Origin: Lingula anatina
Taxonomy: Eukaryota > Animalia > Brachiopoda
Assembly: GCA_051362555.1 (NCBI GenBank)
Contig: CM120647.1
Coordinates: 3,286,001 to 3,350,000, forward strand
Direction of reading: 5' to 3'
DNA: 64,000 nt
The notes under the pieces are model-generated. The model was not told the origin of the DNA. It did no database searches and worked only from the letters and a program-made list of their open reading frames with translations. This document shows, piece by piece, positions 12,512 to 24,918 of the stretch; position 1 is the first letter of the stretch; each line of letters starts with the position of its first letter. A program made the position numbers and the translations under genes.

Positions 12512-13416
12512 TTCTTAACTTCTGACACCAAATATTAAAACTTTCATACACTGCCAACTACTCCGCACAATATGACTGAGAACAATCTCTTGGTTCCTGA
12601 GAACCATCAAGTTGAAAATGTGGTTGCTGTATAGGCCACTAAGCTCACATTGCACCTGGTGAGAAAGGCACAATTTCATGAATAAGTTTATGTTAAAGTC
12701 AGAGACAGTTTATGTTAAAGTCAGAGACTGTTATAAAATTGGATTTTATTCACGGAAAGGATATTCATGGAGGACATTTAAGACATGGAAAGTGATCAAT
12801 GAGGACAATAATTCATGGAGGTTACCATGAAGGACATTGGATAAAGTGACATTAATTAAACGGTGGGCATTTAAGGAGTATAGTTAATTTAAGATGTACC
12901 ATATAACTGATATGTTTATGTTTTAAAATGTACTTCATACATACAGAGTTCAGTTCTGTCCTTTAATAGTATATTAGGTAAATGTTTGTTTTATAATCTC
13001 ACATTTAAGGGGCCGGTGTAAAGGACATAACCTACCACCCCTTCAGTTTAGTATAGTCCACACACCCCTATTGAATAATAGACAATGCCACCTAGAGTGA
13101 GCAGTTCATTTACACAGACACCTTAGAAGCTAGCAGTTCATTTTTATGCAGACACCTAAGAAGCAAAAATGTAGTCATACAAAAGAGGACATAAGATTGT
13201 AAGTTTCATTTACTTGTACTTTATAAAACTGTCATTATCACTATTAAATTTATATGGAGTTAAATTTTGGTTTAGGGTATGTATATTGTAGTTTACAAGT
13301 TTTAGTAAAATTTGGGTGTGGACACGTGGATAATTTCAAAAGTAGTGTAGCAATTTTCATTATTATTGAATGTGTTCACTTTATTAATATTTATTTATCT
13401 GTTTGTTTTTTTATAG

Positions 13417-14500
13417 GACATTATTGGTGTTTATACTGGTAACAAGCTCTGCCATACTGCTCACCTGCTCATAAGTAGAAGGGAAGATGTCTCTTGTCCA
13501 GAGCACAGTGGTATCTGCACAGCCAATCTACAAGAAGATGACAGCATTGGGGACAACCAACGCGCCATGTAGCAGATCCTTGAGGAGAGGTCACAGTTGG
13601 CACCTTAACTACTGGATGGACAGCCAAGCCCACTCTGCATATGACAATGTTGAAAGTCTTCCGGACAAACAACACGACTCTTTACACTTTACCAAAGCTC
13701 TGAAAAAAAAAATGGAAAAAGCACCATCTTATGGTCAAGTGTTTACAGCAAAAGAAAAAAAAACACTAGGGACAAAATGCAAAAACACTTTGCTCAGTGC
13801 ATAGCAATGCACTGCTATTCTGAATTTGATGCTTGCTTTAGAGAAAATCAAGGAGACGTGGTTTTGATTAAAAGAGCAATGAGTTATGTTATTGACTCTA
13901 ATATTAGTATTGTTACAGTGGTGATTGTCAAAATTGTTTAAAGTACTCTCATGTATGTAAAGATGACTCAGAAACTATTTTCCCTGAGAAAGGCAAACTA
14001 GACTTTAGCAACACTGAAGACATGCAAATCTTGAGACAGTGCCTGAATTATAGACTGGGCCCAAGGGCAATTGAATCAACAAAACTTAATTTTAATTAAA
14101 ATACCAACACACAAAAAGTGGAGACTTTAACCCGTACAATTCAGAAAACTAATAATAAAGATGTCACCTTTTCTCAGAACTTTGCAGGAAGGATTAACAG
14201 TGCAGTCCACTTACAGAATAATGGACTTTAACTATCCACTTTGAGTAAGATGGCCTCTGTTGGTAGTGTGCAAACTCCTCAGTCATTAAATATCTGGAGA
14301 AAGGTGAAAAACAGATGAAAATGAAAGTGAATAACAATAAGACACTTGCATTCAAGTTAACAGCTAGAAGGAGAATCCTTAACTGCTACATAAAGTATGA
14401 CAGATCTAAAGCATTGAAAAATAATGACTATAGAAAACGCATATCTATGCCAAATCTCGTATTTTCTGATCACAGTTATTCAAAGAGAACATGTACTTAA
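13417..14500 (+). pseudogene. 5'-truncated, diverged Kolobok(P)-type transposase pseudogene (older copy)
   Basis: With frameshifts and stops it reads DIIGVYTGNKLCHTAHLL..DVSCPEHSGICTANLQEDDSIGD..VGTLTT..VESLPDKQH..CLNYRLGPRAIESTKLN..NTNTQKVETL..NFAGRINSAVH. It is paralogous to 17886-19140 but lacks both MITE insertions. Confidence 0.8.
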
Positions 14501-14609
14501 AAGAAAATGTATGATTTCAAGATACTACTCTGTAATAAACTGGTTGTGAAATATACACAAGTTTGTTGGTCTTTCTTTTACTCAAAACTTAAAAATATAA
14601 TTGAGAAAT

Positions 14610-15107
14610 CTAGAAATTAAGTAAATGTAAAAAAAATATAAATAAAAAAAAATAATAAAAATAAATTAAAATAAAATAATAATTATCATGTACACAATGA
14701 TGCTGTCCGTGTTCGATGGGCCTTCCCAGATTATGACAATGTAGACTGTTATTGTTGATTCCGTGAAGCTCTGCTGTGAGATGATCTGGGTTACAGCACA
14801 GAGGGACTCCACACAGGTGAGATACTTCTGTCTCTCTCGGTATGTTGAGAATCCTTTCCTTTAGCATTAATGCCACCCTGTGCACTCCAACAGTAACTGA
14901 GTATCCGGCCCCAGGAAATGTAACCCTCATCATCCCATAACAGACCCCAATGGAACAACTGGTGCCCCCAGTCCACAGCCAACAGTATCCCTCCTGTGTG
15001 GTATGCAAATTTATGTGTAATTTATCATTTAATTGATCAAAAAATTGATAATTAGCCAGACCACCCCTTATATATTTTCCCCCTTCAGGACAGAAACAAC
15101 ATGGCAT
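14610..15107 (-). CDS. His-Me finger nuclease (His-Cys box, zinc-binding loop of homing endonuclease, I-PpoI-like); KolobokP accessory gene, open but possibly already decayed
   Basis: CWLWTGG..YGMMRV..VHRVALML..EVSHLCGVPLCCNPDHLTAE.HGINNN.LHC.....EH...HC fits the SHLC-x4-C-x-NP-x-HL-x2-E-x4-N motif. The likely start is Met at 15107. The C-terminus reads through into AT-rich sequence and two expected residues are substituted. Confidence 0.8.
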   Translation of the reverse strand: MPCCFCPEGGKYIRGGLANYQFFDQLNDKLHINLHTTQEGYCWLWTGGTSCSIGVCYGMMRVTFPGAGYSVTVGVHRVALMLKERILNIPRETEVSHLCGVPLCCNPDHLTAELHGINNNSLHCHNLGRPIEHGQHHCVHDNYYFILIYFYYFFLFIFFLHLLNF

Positions 15108-17701
15108 ATAATTTCCCATTGATGGCCATACCAAGAAATACCTGCAAAATTGCATGAACAAAATAAATAGGTGAAACATTTCACATCCCCATGGACAGCA
15201 GACACACTGACATAACTCCCAATGGCACAAAAATATACACAATGTTCAATGTCTAATTCCCATAATACAACAGCAATTGTTGATGTCACAATGTTCAATG
15301 TCTTCCCATAATACAACAGCAATTGTTGATGTCACAATGTTCAATGTCTTCCCATAATACAACAGCAATTGTTGATGTCACAATGTTCAATGTCTTCCCA
15401 TAATACAGAAGCAATTGTTGATGTCACAATGTTCAATGTCTTCCCATAATACAACAGCAATTGTTATGTCACAATGTTCAATGTCTTTCCATAATACAGC
15501 AGCAATTGTTGATGTCACAATGTTCAATGTCTTCCCATAATACAACAGCAATTATTGATGTCACAATGTTCAATGTCTTCCCATAATACAACAGCAATTG
15601 TTGATGTCACAATGTTGAATGTCTTCCCACAATGCAACCAATATTGTTGATGTCACATTGTTCAGTGTAGAAACCACCATATAATTTCCCAATGACGGCC
15701 ATACTAAGAAATGCCTGCAAAACTGCATGAACAAAATAAATGGGTGAAACATTTCACATCCCCATGGACAGGAGACACACTGACATAACTCCCAATGGCA
15801 CAAAAATATACTGTCATCAAGTAAACTTTCTTACCGGCATAACTTGAACATGCGCACCCCTCTGTTTGTAAACAAACCACTGCACCGCTCACAGTCAGTA
15901 GCCCCCTCCACCAGAGGTCTCACGACTGCACCACAACTATGCCTGGTCCTGAAAAGAAAAAAAAACTGGCAGTAGTTTATATGCTAGCCTGCTAGTTGAC
16001 ACCAACATTAACCCTAGCAACACACAAGAAATGCCAGGAAAAATTGAAAAAAAGCACTATTTTTCTCTCACTGAACTACATTAGTCTATAACAGGCGGTG
16101 ATTGGCTGATTTAGTGGTTTATGCCCTTCCCCCCCCCCCCCCCCCCCGTTCTTACCTTCTGACACCAAATATTAAAACCTTCATACACTGCCAACTGCTC
16201 TTCCAAATATGACTGAGAATGGTCTGTTGGTTCCTGAGTACGGTCAAGTTGAAAATGTGGTTGCTGAATACGCCACCAAGCACACATTGCACCTGGTGAG
16301 AAAGGCACAATTTCATGAGTAATAAAAAGTTAAATGCAAATTTCTGTGCCTGAATTTACTTCAATTGTTTTGAAATGTGGACACATGATGCTGGGCATGT
16401 GTGAAAATCTGAGATAAGCATCTTAACTGATTATGACTAGTTTAGGAGCACTTTGCTGAGGAATAAAGTGAGAGAAGTGGAAAATTGCTTATAAAAAGAT
16501 TTAAAAATATTTAAAAATATCTAAAAATTACTTAAACTCAAGTGCAAGGCTAATTGTCACAACTGTTGTTTGTGTTGTTTGTTTGTGTTGTGAGGACACA
16601 GGAAAATGTCTTTCTCTGCATAACAATACTCACCACTAAGCTGGGTAACACCCCCCCTGCCCTGCACACCTGGGAGAAACAACACTATAAAAAACCTGTC
16701 CCTGGCGTGACTATAAAAAACCTGTCTCCGTAGTCACTTGCTAACCATGCTGTATGGTAAAGGTACCTGGAAAAAAATGAAGAAAAGGTGTATTTGTGAA
16801 AGGACACAAGCTAGCCTTTAGATGACAGGAGTCAAACAGCCCTCCAGAGCCCATTGTGAGAAGATACATCAGACCCAGCTAAGAGTTGTACCAGGCAGCC
16901 TCCTCTCCACCCCCTGCCGGGCCATCAACAACCCTCAGCAGCAATCCTGATGTCTGACAGCCCTCCAGAGCCCATTGTGAGAAGATACATCAGACCCAGC
17001 TAAGAGTTGTACCAGGCAGCCTCCTCTCCACCCCCTCCTGGGCCATCAACAACCCTCAGCAGCAATCTTGATGCACCGTGACTCTAAGACATAGTAGGGT
17101 CCAGCCAGAGAGTTTAGTTTGTCCAGTAGCCCCCCCCCCCCCCCCCCCATACACACACACAGATGATGAATACAAGTTGGTTTCAGGAGAAAAAATTAAT
17201 TGTCAATCTGGTTAACAAAGTCTTGTCAGGGCACACATCTGGGTGCACTAGCTGGCTAAATGGTTTGGGACAGCAAGGCAGAGAGCAAGTGGGGAGTGGC
17301 TTGGTCAACGGGACTAAAATGTGACACATGTCAGTACAGGACGGGGAAGTAGAAACTATAGAATGAAGTCCAAAGCAAGCAGCGTGGCTGGAGATTAGTA
17401 ACAGTAAATGCAGGCTTGCAAGTTATGGCCTGTCACAGAATATGATCTCTAACACAGCAATGAGTTGGATCATAATGGCAAGCAATGTGACCCTACCCTG
17501 CCCAGCCCATCAGCCATGCAGACACAAGCTAACAAAGTCAGTGCAGTGATAACAGAATTGAACAAAGCTGACATGCAGCAACGCTGTGAAAACTTATGTC
17601 ACATTCAGGATCTCACAGGGTATGGAGGACAGCCCATATAGCAGTGGAAGGAGATGGGAGATACAATAATAGCCTGTTCAGTGGAGGGAACAAAATACCA
17701 T

Positions 17702-17886
17702 ACCAGCCAGCCACTCAGACTGTGTACACTGTAGCAGAGAATGTGACCAGCCAGCCACTCAGACTGCGTACACTGTAGCAGAGAATGTGACCAGCCAGCC
17801 ACTCAGACTGTGTACACTGTAGCAGAGAATGTGACCAGCCAGCCACTCAGAATGTGTACACTGTAGCAGAGAATGTGACCAGCCAG
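17702..17886. repeat. 44-bp tandem repeat x4 inside the transposase (also 22608-22792 and 27511-27695)
   Basis: Unit ACCAGCCAGCCACTCAGACTGTGTACACTGTAGCAGAGAATGTG, an amplification of the QPATQTVYTVAENVT coding segment. Confidence 0.92.
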
Positions 17887-17962
17887 AAGGACATTAGAGG
17901 GGAAGAAGTCTCTTGTCCAGAGCACAGTGGTGTTTACATTAGTGACAAGCTCTGTCATACTG

Positions 17963-18135
17963 CTGGGGTAGCGCTTGCAATTTTTTTCGCTTAGCCATAT
18001 CACCACATTTTTGTCAATTTGTTATCAAAATGGGTATAATTTGGCTAAAACATGTCAAATCAAGCCCTTTTTCTTTAGCCAATTTCAGTCAGTTTTAGCA
18101 TTTGGCTAAATTGGCAAGTGTAAGCGCTTCCCCAG
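17963..18135. mobile_element. 173-bp MITE with 5-bp TSD (copies at 22869-23041 and 27772-27944)
   Basis: TIRs CTGGGGTAGCGCTT / AAGCGCTTCCCCAG flanked by TACTG on both sides. The empty site CCATACTGCTCACC is visible at ~13452-13465. Confidence 0.85.
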
Positions 18136-19143
18136 TACTGCTCATCTGCTCAGAAGTAGAGGAGAAGATGTCTCTTGTCCAGATCACAGTGGAGTCTGTA
18201 CAACCAATCTACAAGAAGAGGATAGTATTGGGGACAAACAATGCGCCATGCAGCAGATCCTTGAGGAATTTTCTTGAGAGGTCACAGTTGGCACCTTAAC
18301 TACTGATGGGGACAGCCAATCCCACACTACACGTGACAATGTTGAAAGTCTTCGGGACAAACAACACTTTACCATAGCTCTGAAAAAACAAAAGGAAAAA
18401 GGAACCATTTTCTTTAAGTGTTTCCAGCAAAAACAAAAAACACTAGAGACAAAATGCAACAATGCTTTTCTCAGTGCATAGCAATGTGCTGCTATTCTGA
18501 ATTTGATGCTTGCTTTAGAGCAAACCAAGGGGAAATAGAGTTGATTAAAAGAGCACTGAGATATGTTATTAACTCTATAATTAGTTGTTACAGTGGTGAT
18601 TGTCAAAATTGTTTAAAGTACTGTTATGTATGTAAAGGTGGCTCAGAAACAATTTTCCCTGAGAAAGGCAAACTAGACTTTAGCAACTCTGAAGACATGC
18701 AAATCTTGAGACAGTGCCTAAATTATAGACTGGGCCCAAAGGCAATTGAATCAACAAAACTTAATTAGTAACAACACACAAAAAGTGGAGTCTTTAATTA
18801 AACCGGACATTTCAGAAAACTAATAATAAAGATGTCACCTTTTCTCGGAACTTTGCAGTGCCAGTCCACTTAAGGAATAATGGACTTAAACTATTCACTT
18901 TGAGTAAGATGGCCTCTGTTGGTATTGTGCCAACTTCTTCAGTCATTAAAATATCTGGAAAAAGATGAAAAACAGATGCAAATGATAGTGAATCACAATA
19001 AGACACTTGCATTCAAGTTAAGAGCTAGAAGGAGAATCCTTAATCGCTACATAAAGTATGACAGATCTAAAGCATTGAAAAGTAATGACTATAGAAAATG
19101 CAATGATGCCAAAACTTGTATTTCCTGATCACAGTTATTCAAA

Positions 19144-19442
19144 AGCCGCATTCACATCGGGCTGAGCCATGGCTCTTCAAAGCGACCTAAATATGGCGGA
19201 GGTACATGACAGGAAAACGGCCTAATCTTTTAATAGGCTCTCCGCCTCTCACACGTCCCCCATGTATCATCCCAATGGAGCTGAGATTTAATGACTGTCC
19301 CCCCCGCAGGGACGACGCATGGGGAGGCGTGTGAGAGGCAGAGAAACTATTAAAAGATTAGGCGTTTTTTCTTTCATGTACGTCTGCCATATTTAGGTTG
19401 TGGCTTTGTAGAGCCATGGCTCAACTCGATGTGAATGTGGCC
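19144..19442. mobile_element. 299-bp fold-back MITE, PIF/Harbinger-like (copies at 24050-24348 and 28953-29251; diverged half at ~43105-43247)
   Basis: Near-complete palindrome, AGCCGCATTCACATCG...CGATGTGAATGTGGCC, with 3-bp TSD AAA. The empty site TTATTCAAAGAGAAC is at ~14476-14490. Confidence 0.85.
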
Positions 19443-19629
19443 AAAGAGAACGAGAAAATGTATGATTTCAAGATACTACTCTGTAATAAACTGGTTTTTA
19501 AATATACACAAGTGTGTTGGTCTTTCTTCTTCTTAAAACTTAAAAATATAATTGAGAAATCTAGAATTAAGTAAATGTAAAAAATAAATAAATAAAAAAT
19601 AAAATAAATTAAAATATTAATTATCATGT

Positions 19630-20012
19630 ACACAGTTTGGCCATGTCCGTGTCCTATGCACCTTCCCAGATTATGACAACGTAATCTGTTATTGTTGCTT
19701 CTGTGAGGCGACTCCACACAGGTGAGATACTTCTGTCTCTCTCGGTATGTTGAGAATCCTTTCCTTTAGCATTAATGCCACCCTGTGCACTCCAACAGTA
19801 ACTGAGTATCCGGCCCCAGGAAATGTAACCCTCATCATCCCATAACAGACCCCAATGGAACAACTGGTGCCCCCAGTCCACAGCCAACAGTATCCCTCCT
19901 GTGTGGTATGCAAATTTATGTGTAATTTATCATTTAATTGATCAAAAAATTGATAATTAGCCAGACCACCCCTTATATATTTTCCCCCTTCAGGACAGAA
20001 ACAACATGGCAT
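19630..20012 (-). pseudogene. His-Me finger nuclease pseudogene (35-nt deletion in the catalytic motif)
   Basis: Same N-terminus as 14610-15107, but SHLCGV is followed by a net 35-nt deletion removing PLCCNPDHL. The tail NNNRLRCHNLGRCIGHGH is in another frame. Confidence 0.85.
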
Positions 20013-21680
20013 ATAATTTCCCATTGATGGCCATACCAAGAAATACCTGCAAAATTGCATGAACAAAATAAATAGGTGAAACATTTCACATCCCCATGGA
20101 CAGCAGACACACTGACATAACTCCCAATGGCACAAAAATATACACAATGTTCAATGTCTAATTCCCATAATACAACAGCAATTGTTGATGTCACAATGTT
20201 CAATGTCTTCCCATAATACAACAGCAATTGTTGATGTCACAATGTTCAATGTCTTCCCATAATACAACAGCAATTGTTGATGTCACAATGTTCAATGTCT
20301 TCCCATAATACAGAAGCAATTGTTGATGTCACAATGTTCAATGTCTTCCCATAATACAACAGCAATTGTTATGTCACAATGTTCAATGTCTTTCCATAAT
20401 ACAGCAGCAATTGTTGATGTCACAATGTTCAATGTCTTCCCATAATACAACAGCAATTATTGATGTCACAATGTTCAATGTCTTCCCATAATACAACAGC
20501 AATTGTTGATGTCACAATGTTGAATGTCTTCCCACAATGCAACCAATATTGTTGATGTCACATTGTTCAGTGTAGAAACCACCATATAATTTCCCAATGA
20601 CGGCCATACTAAGAAATGCCTGCAAAACTGCATGAACAAAATAAATGGGTGAAACATTTCACATCCCCATGGACAGGAGACACACTGACATAACTCCCAA
20701 TGGCACAAAAATATACTGTCATCAAGTAAACTTTCTTACCGGCATAACTTGAACATGCGCACCCCTCTGTTTGTAAACAAACCACTGCACCGCTCACAGT
20801 CAGTAGCCCCCTCCACCAGAGGTCTCACGACTGCACCACAACTATGCCTGGTCCTGAAAAGAAAAAAAAACTGGCAGTAGTTTATATGCTAGCCTGCTAG
20901 TTGACACCAACATTAACCCTAGCAACACACAAGAAATGCCAGGAAAAATTGAAAAAAAGCACTATTTTTCTCTCACTGAACTACATTAGTCTATAACAGG
21001 CGGTGATTGGCTGATTTAGTGGTTTATGCCCTTCCCCCCCCCCCCCCCCCCGTTCTTACCTTCTGACACCAAATATTAAAACCTTCATACACTGCCAACT
21101 GCTCTTCCAAATATGACTGAGAATGGTCTGTTGGTTCCTGAGTACGGTCAAGTTGAAAATGTGGTTGCTGAATACGCCACCAAGCACACATTGCACCTGG
21201 TGAGAAAGGCACAATTTCATGAGTAATAAAAAGTTAAATGCAAATTTCTGTGCCTGAATTTACTTCAATTGTTTTGAAATGTGGGCACATGATGCTGGGC
21301 ATGTGTGAAAATCTGAGATAAGCATCTTAACTGATTATGACTAGTTTAGGAGCACTTTGCTGAGGAATAAAGTGAGAGAAGTGGAAAATTGCTTATAAAA
21401 AGATTTAAAAATATTTAAAAATATCTAAAAATTACTTAAACTCAAGTGCAAGGCTAATTGTCACAACTGTTGTTTGTGTTGTTTGTTTGTGTTGTGAGGA
21501 CACAGGAAAATGTCTTTCTCTGCATAACAATACTCACCACTAAGCTGGGTAACACCCCCCCTGCCCTGCACACCTGGGAGAAACAACACTATAAAAAACC
21601 TGTCCCTGGCGTGACTATAAAAAACCTGTCTCCGTAGTCACTTGCTAACCATGCTGTATGGTAAAGGTACCTGGAAAAAA

Positions 21681-24046
21681 ATGAAGAAAAGGTGTATTTG
21701 TGAAAGGACACAAGCTAGCCTTTAGATGACAGGAGTCAAACAGCCCTCCAGAGCCCATTGTGAGAAGATACATCAGACCCAGCTAAGAGTTGTACCAGGC
21801 AGCCTCCTCTCCACCCCCTGCCGGGCCATCAACAACCCTCAGCAGCAATCCTGATGTCTGACAGCCCTCCAGAGCCCATTGTGAGAAGATACATCAGACC
21901 CAGCTAAGAGTTGTACCAGGCAGCCTCCTCTCCACCCCCTCCTGGGCCATCAACAACCCTCAGCAGCAATCTTGATGCACCGTGACTCTAAGACATAGTA
22001 GGGTCCAGCCAGAGAGTTTAGTTTGTCCAGTAGCCCCCCCCCCCCCCCCCCCCCATACACACACACAGATGATGAATACAAGTTGGTTTCAGGAGAAAAA
22101 ATTAATTGTCAATCTGGTTAACAAAGTCTTGTCAGGGCACACATCTGGGTGCACTAGCTGGCTAAATGGTTTGGGACAGCAAGGCAGAGAGCAAGTGGGG
22201 AGTGGCTTGGTCAACGGGACTAAAATGTGACACATGTCAGTACAGGACGGGGAAGTAGAAACTATAGAATGAAGTCCAAAGCAAGCAGCGTGGCTGGAGA
22301 TTAGTAACAGTAAATGCAGGCTTGCAAGTTATGGCCTGTCACAGAATATGATCTCTAACACAGCAATGAGTTGGATCATAATGGCAAGCAATGTGACCCT
22401 ACCCTGCCCAGCCCATCAGCCATGCAGACACAAGCTAACAAAGTCAGTGCAGTGATAACAGAATTGAACAAAGCTGACATGCAGCAACGCTGTGAAAACT
22501 TATGTCACATTCAGGATCTCACAGGGTATGGAGGACAGCCCATATAGCAGTGGAAGGAGATGGGAGATACAATAATAGCCTGTTCAGTGGAGGGAACAAA
22601 ATACCATACCAGCCAGCCACTCAGACTGTGTACACTGTAGCAGAGAATGTGACCAGCCAGCCACTCAGACTGCGTACACTGTAGCAGAGAATGTGACCAG
22701 CCAGCCACTCAGACTGTGTACACTGTAGCAGAGAATGTGACCAGCCAGCCACTCAGAATGTGTACACTGTAGCAGAGAATGTGACCAGCCAGAAGGACAT
22801 TAGAGGGGAAGAAGTCTCTTGTCCAGAGCACAGTGGTGTTTACATTAGTGACAAGCTCTGTCATACTGCTGGGGTAGCGCTTGCAATTTTTTTCGCTTAG
22901 CCATATCACCACATTTTTGTCAATTTGTTATCAAAATGGGTATAATTTGGCTAAAACATGTCAAATCAAGCCCTTTTTCTTTAGCCAATTTCAGTCAGTT
23001 TTAGCATTTGGCTAAATTGGCAAGTGTAAGCGCTTCCCCAGTACTGCTCATCTGCTCAGAAGTAGAGGAGAAGATGTCTCTTGTCCAGATCACAGTGGAG
23101 TCTGTACAACCAATCTACAAGAAGAGGATAGTATTGGGGACAAACAATGCGCCATGCAGCAGATCCTTGAGGAATTTTCTTGAGAGGTCACAGTTGGCAC
23201 CTTAACTACTGATGGGGACAGCCAATCCCACACTACACGTGACAATGTTGAAAGTCTTCGGGACAAACAACACTTTACCATAGCTCTGAAAAAACAAAAG
23301 GAAAAAGGAACCATTTTCTTTAAGTGTTTCCAGCAAAAACAAAAAACACTAGAGACAAAATGCAACAATGCTTTTCTCAGTGCATAGCAATGTGCTGCTA
23401 TTCTGAATTTGATGCTTGCTTTAGAGCAAACCAAGGGGAAATAGAGTTGATTAAAAGAGCACTGAGATATGTTATTAACTCTATAATTAGTTGTTACAGT
23501 GGTGATTGTCAAAATTGTTTAAAGTACTGTTATGTATGTAAAGGTGGCTCAGAAACAATTTTCCCTGAGAAAGGCAAACTAGACTTTAGCAACTCTGAAG
23601 ACATGCAAATCTTGAGACAGTGCCTAAATTATAGACTGGGCCCAAAGGCAATTGAATCAACAAAACTTAATTAGTAACAACACACAAAAAGTGGAGTCTT
23701 TAATTAAACCGGACATTTCAGAAAACTAATAATAAAGATGTCACCTTTTCTCGGAACTTTGCAGTGCCAGTCCACTTAAGGAATAATGGACTTAAACTAT
23801 TCACTTTGAGTAAGATGGCCTCTGTTGGTATTGTGCCAACTTCTTCAGTCATTAAAATATCTGGAAAAAGATGAAAAACAGATGCAAATGATAGTGAATC
23901 ACAATAAGACACTTGCATTCAAGTTAAGAGCTAGAAGGAGAATCCTTAATCGCTACATAAAGTATGACAGATCTAAAGCATTGAAAAGTAATGACTATAG
24001 AAAATGCAATGATGCCAAAACTTGTATTTCCTGATCACAGTTATTC
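21681..24046 (+). pseudogene. Kolobok(P) transposase pseudogene, unit 2
   Basis: Near-identical copy of 16777-19140. Confidence 0.82.
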
Positions 24047-24535
24047 AAAAGCCGCATTCACATCGGGCTGAGCCATGGCTCTTCAAAGCGACCTAAATAT
24101 GGCGGAGGTACATGACAGGAAAACGGCCTAATCTTTTAATAGGCTCTCCGCCTCTCACACGTCCCCCATGTATCATCCCAATGGAGCTGAGATTTAATGA
24201 CTGTCCCCCCCGCAGGGACGACGCATGGGGAGGCGTGTGAGAGGCAGAGAAACTATTAAAAGATTAGGCGTTTTTTCTTTCATGTACGTCTGCCATATTT
24301 AGGTTGTGGCTTTGTAGAGCCATGGCTCAACTCGATGTGAATGTGGCCAAAGAGAACGAGAAAATGTATGATTTCAAGATACTACTCTGTAATAAACTGG
24401 TTTTTAAATATACACAAGTGTGTTGGTCTTTCTTCTTCTTAAAACTTAAAAATATAATTGAGAAATCTAGAATTAAGTAAATGTAAAAAATAAATAAATA
24501 AAAAATAAAATAAATTAAAATATTAATTATCATGT

Positions 24536-24918
24536 ACACAGTTTGGCCATGTCCGTGTCCTATGCACCTTCCCAGATTATGACAACGTAATCTGTTATTG
24601 TTGCTTCTGTGAGGCGACTCCACACAGGTGAGATACTTCTGTCTCTCTCGGTATGTTGAGAATCCTTTCCTTTAGCATTAATGCCACCCTGTGCACTCCA
24701 ACAGTAACTGAGTATCCGGCCCCAGGAAATGTAACCCTCATCATCCCATAACAGACCCCAATGGAACAACTGGTGCCCCCAGTCCACAGCCAACAGTATC
24801 CCTCCTGTGTGGTATGCAAATTTATGTGTAATTTATCATTTAATTGATCAAAAAATTGATAATTAGCCAGACCACCCCTTATATATTTTCCCCCTTCAGG
24901 ACAGAAACAACATGGCAT
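24536..24918 (-). pseudogene. His-Me finger nuclease pseudogene
   Basis: Copy of 19630-20012 with the same deletion. Confidence 0.85.

Larger units (their letters stand above)
16777..19140 (+). pseudogene. Kolobok(P) DDD/E transposase pseudogene, unit 1
   Basis: N-terminal FVKGHK, KWGVAWSTGLKCDTC, IAVEGDGRYNN (D at 17653), PYQPATQTVYTVAENVT, KLCH..CPDH..C, LTTDGDS (18305-18313), LRDKQH, CYSGDCQNC..YVC and NTQKVES (E at 18788). Disrupted by stops, frameshifts, a 121-bp duplication (16836/16957), a 44-bp x4 repeat and a MITE. Confidence 0.82.

Noticed and set aside
14610-15107. Group I intron-encoded homing endonuclease
   Set aside because: There is no flanking rRNA or recognisable group I core, and the convergent Kolobok transposase explains the gene better.
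15243-15665. 46-bp partly palindromic repeats as CRISPR direct repeats next to a nuclease
   Set aside because: There are no spacers. It is a plain tandem minisatellite that also occurs away from the nuclease (42660).
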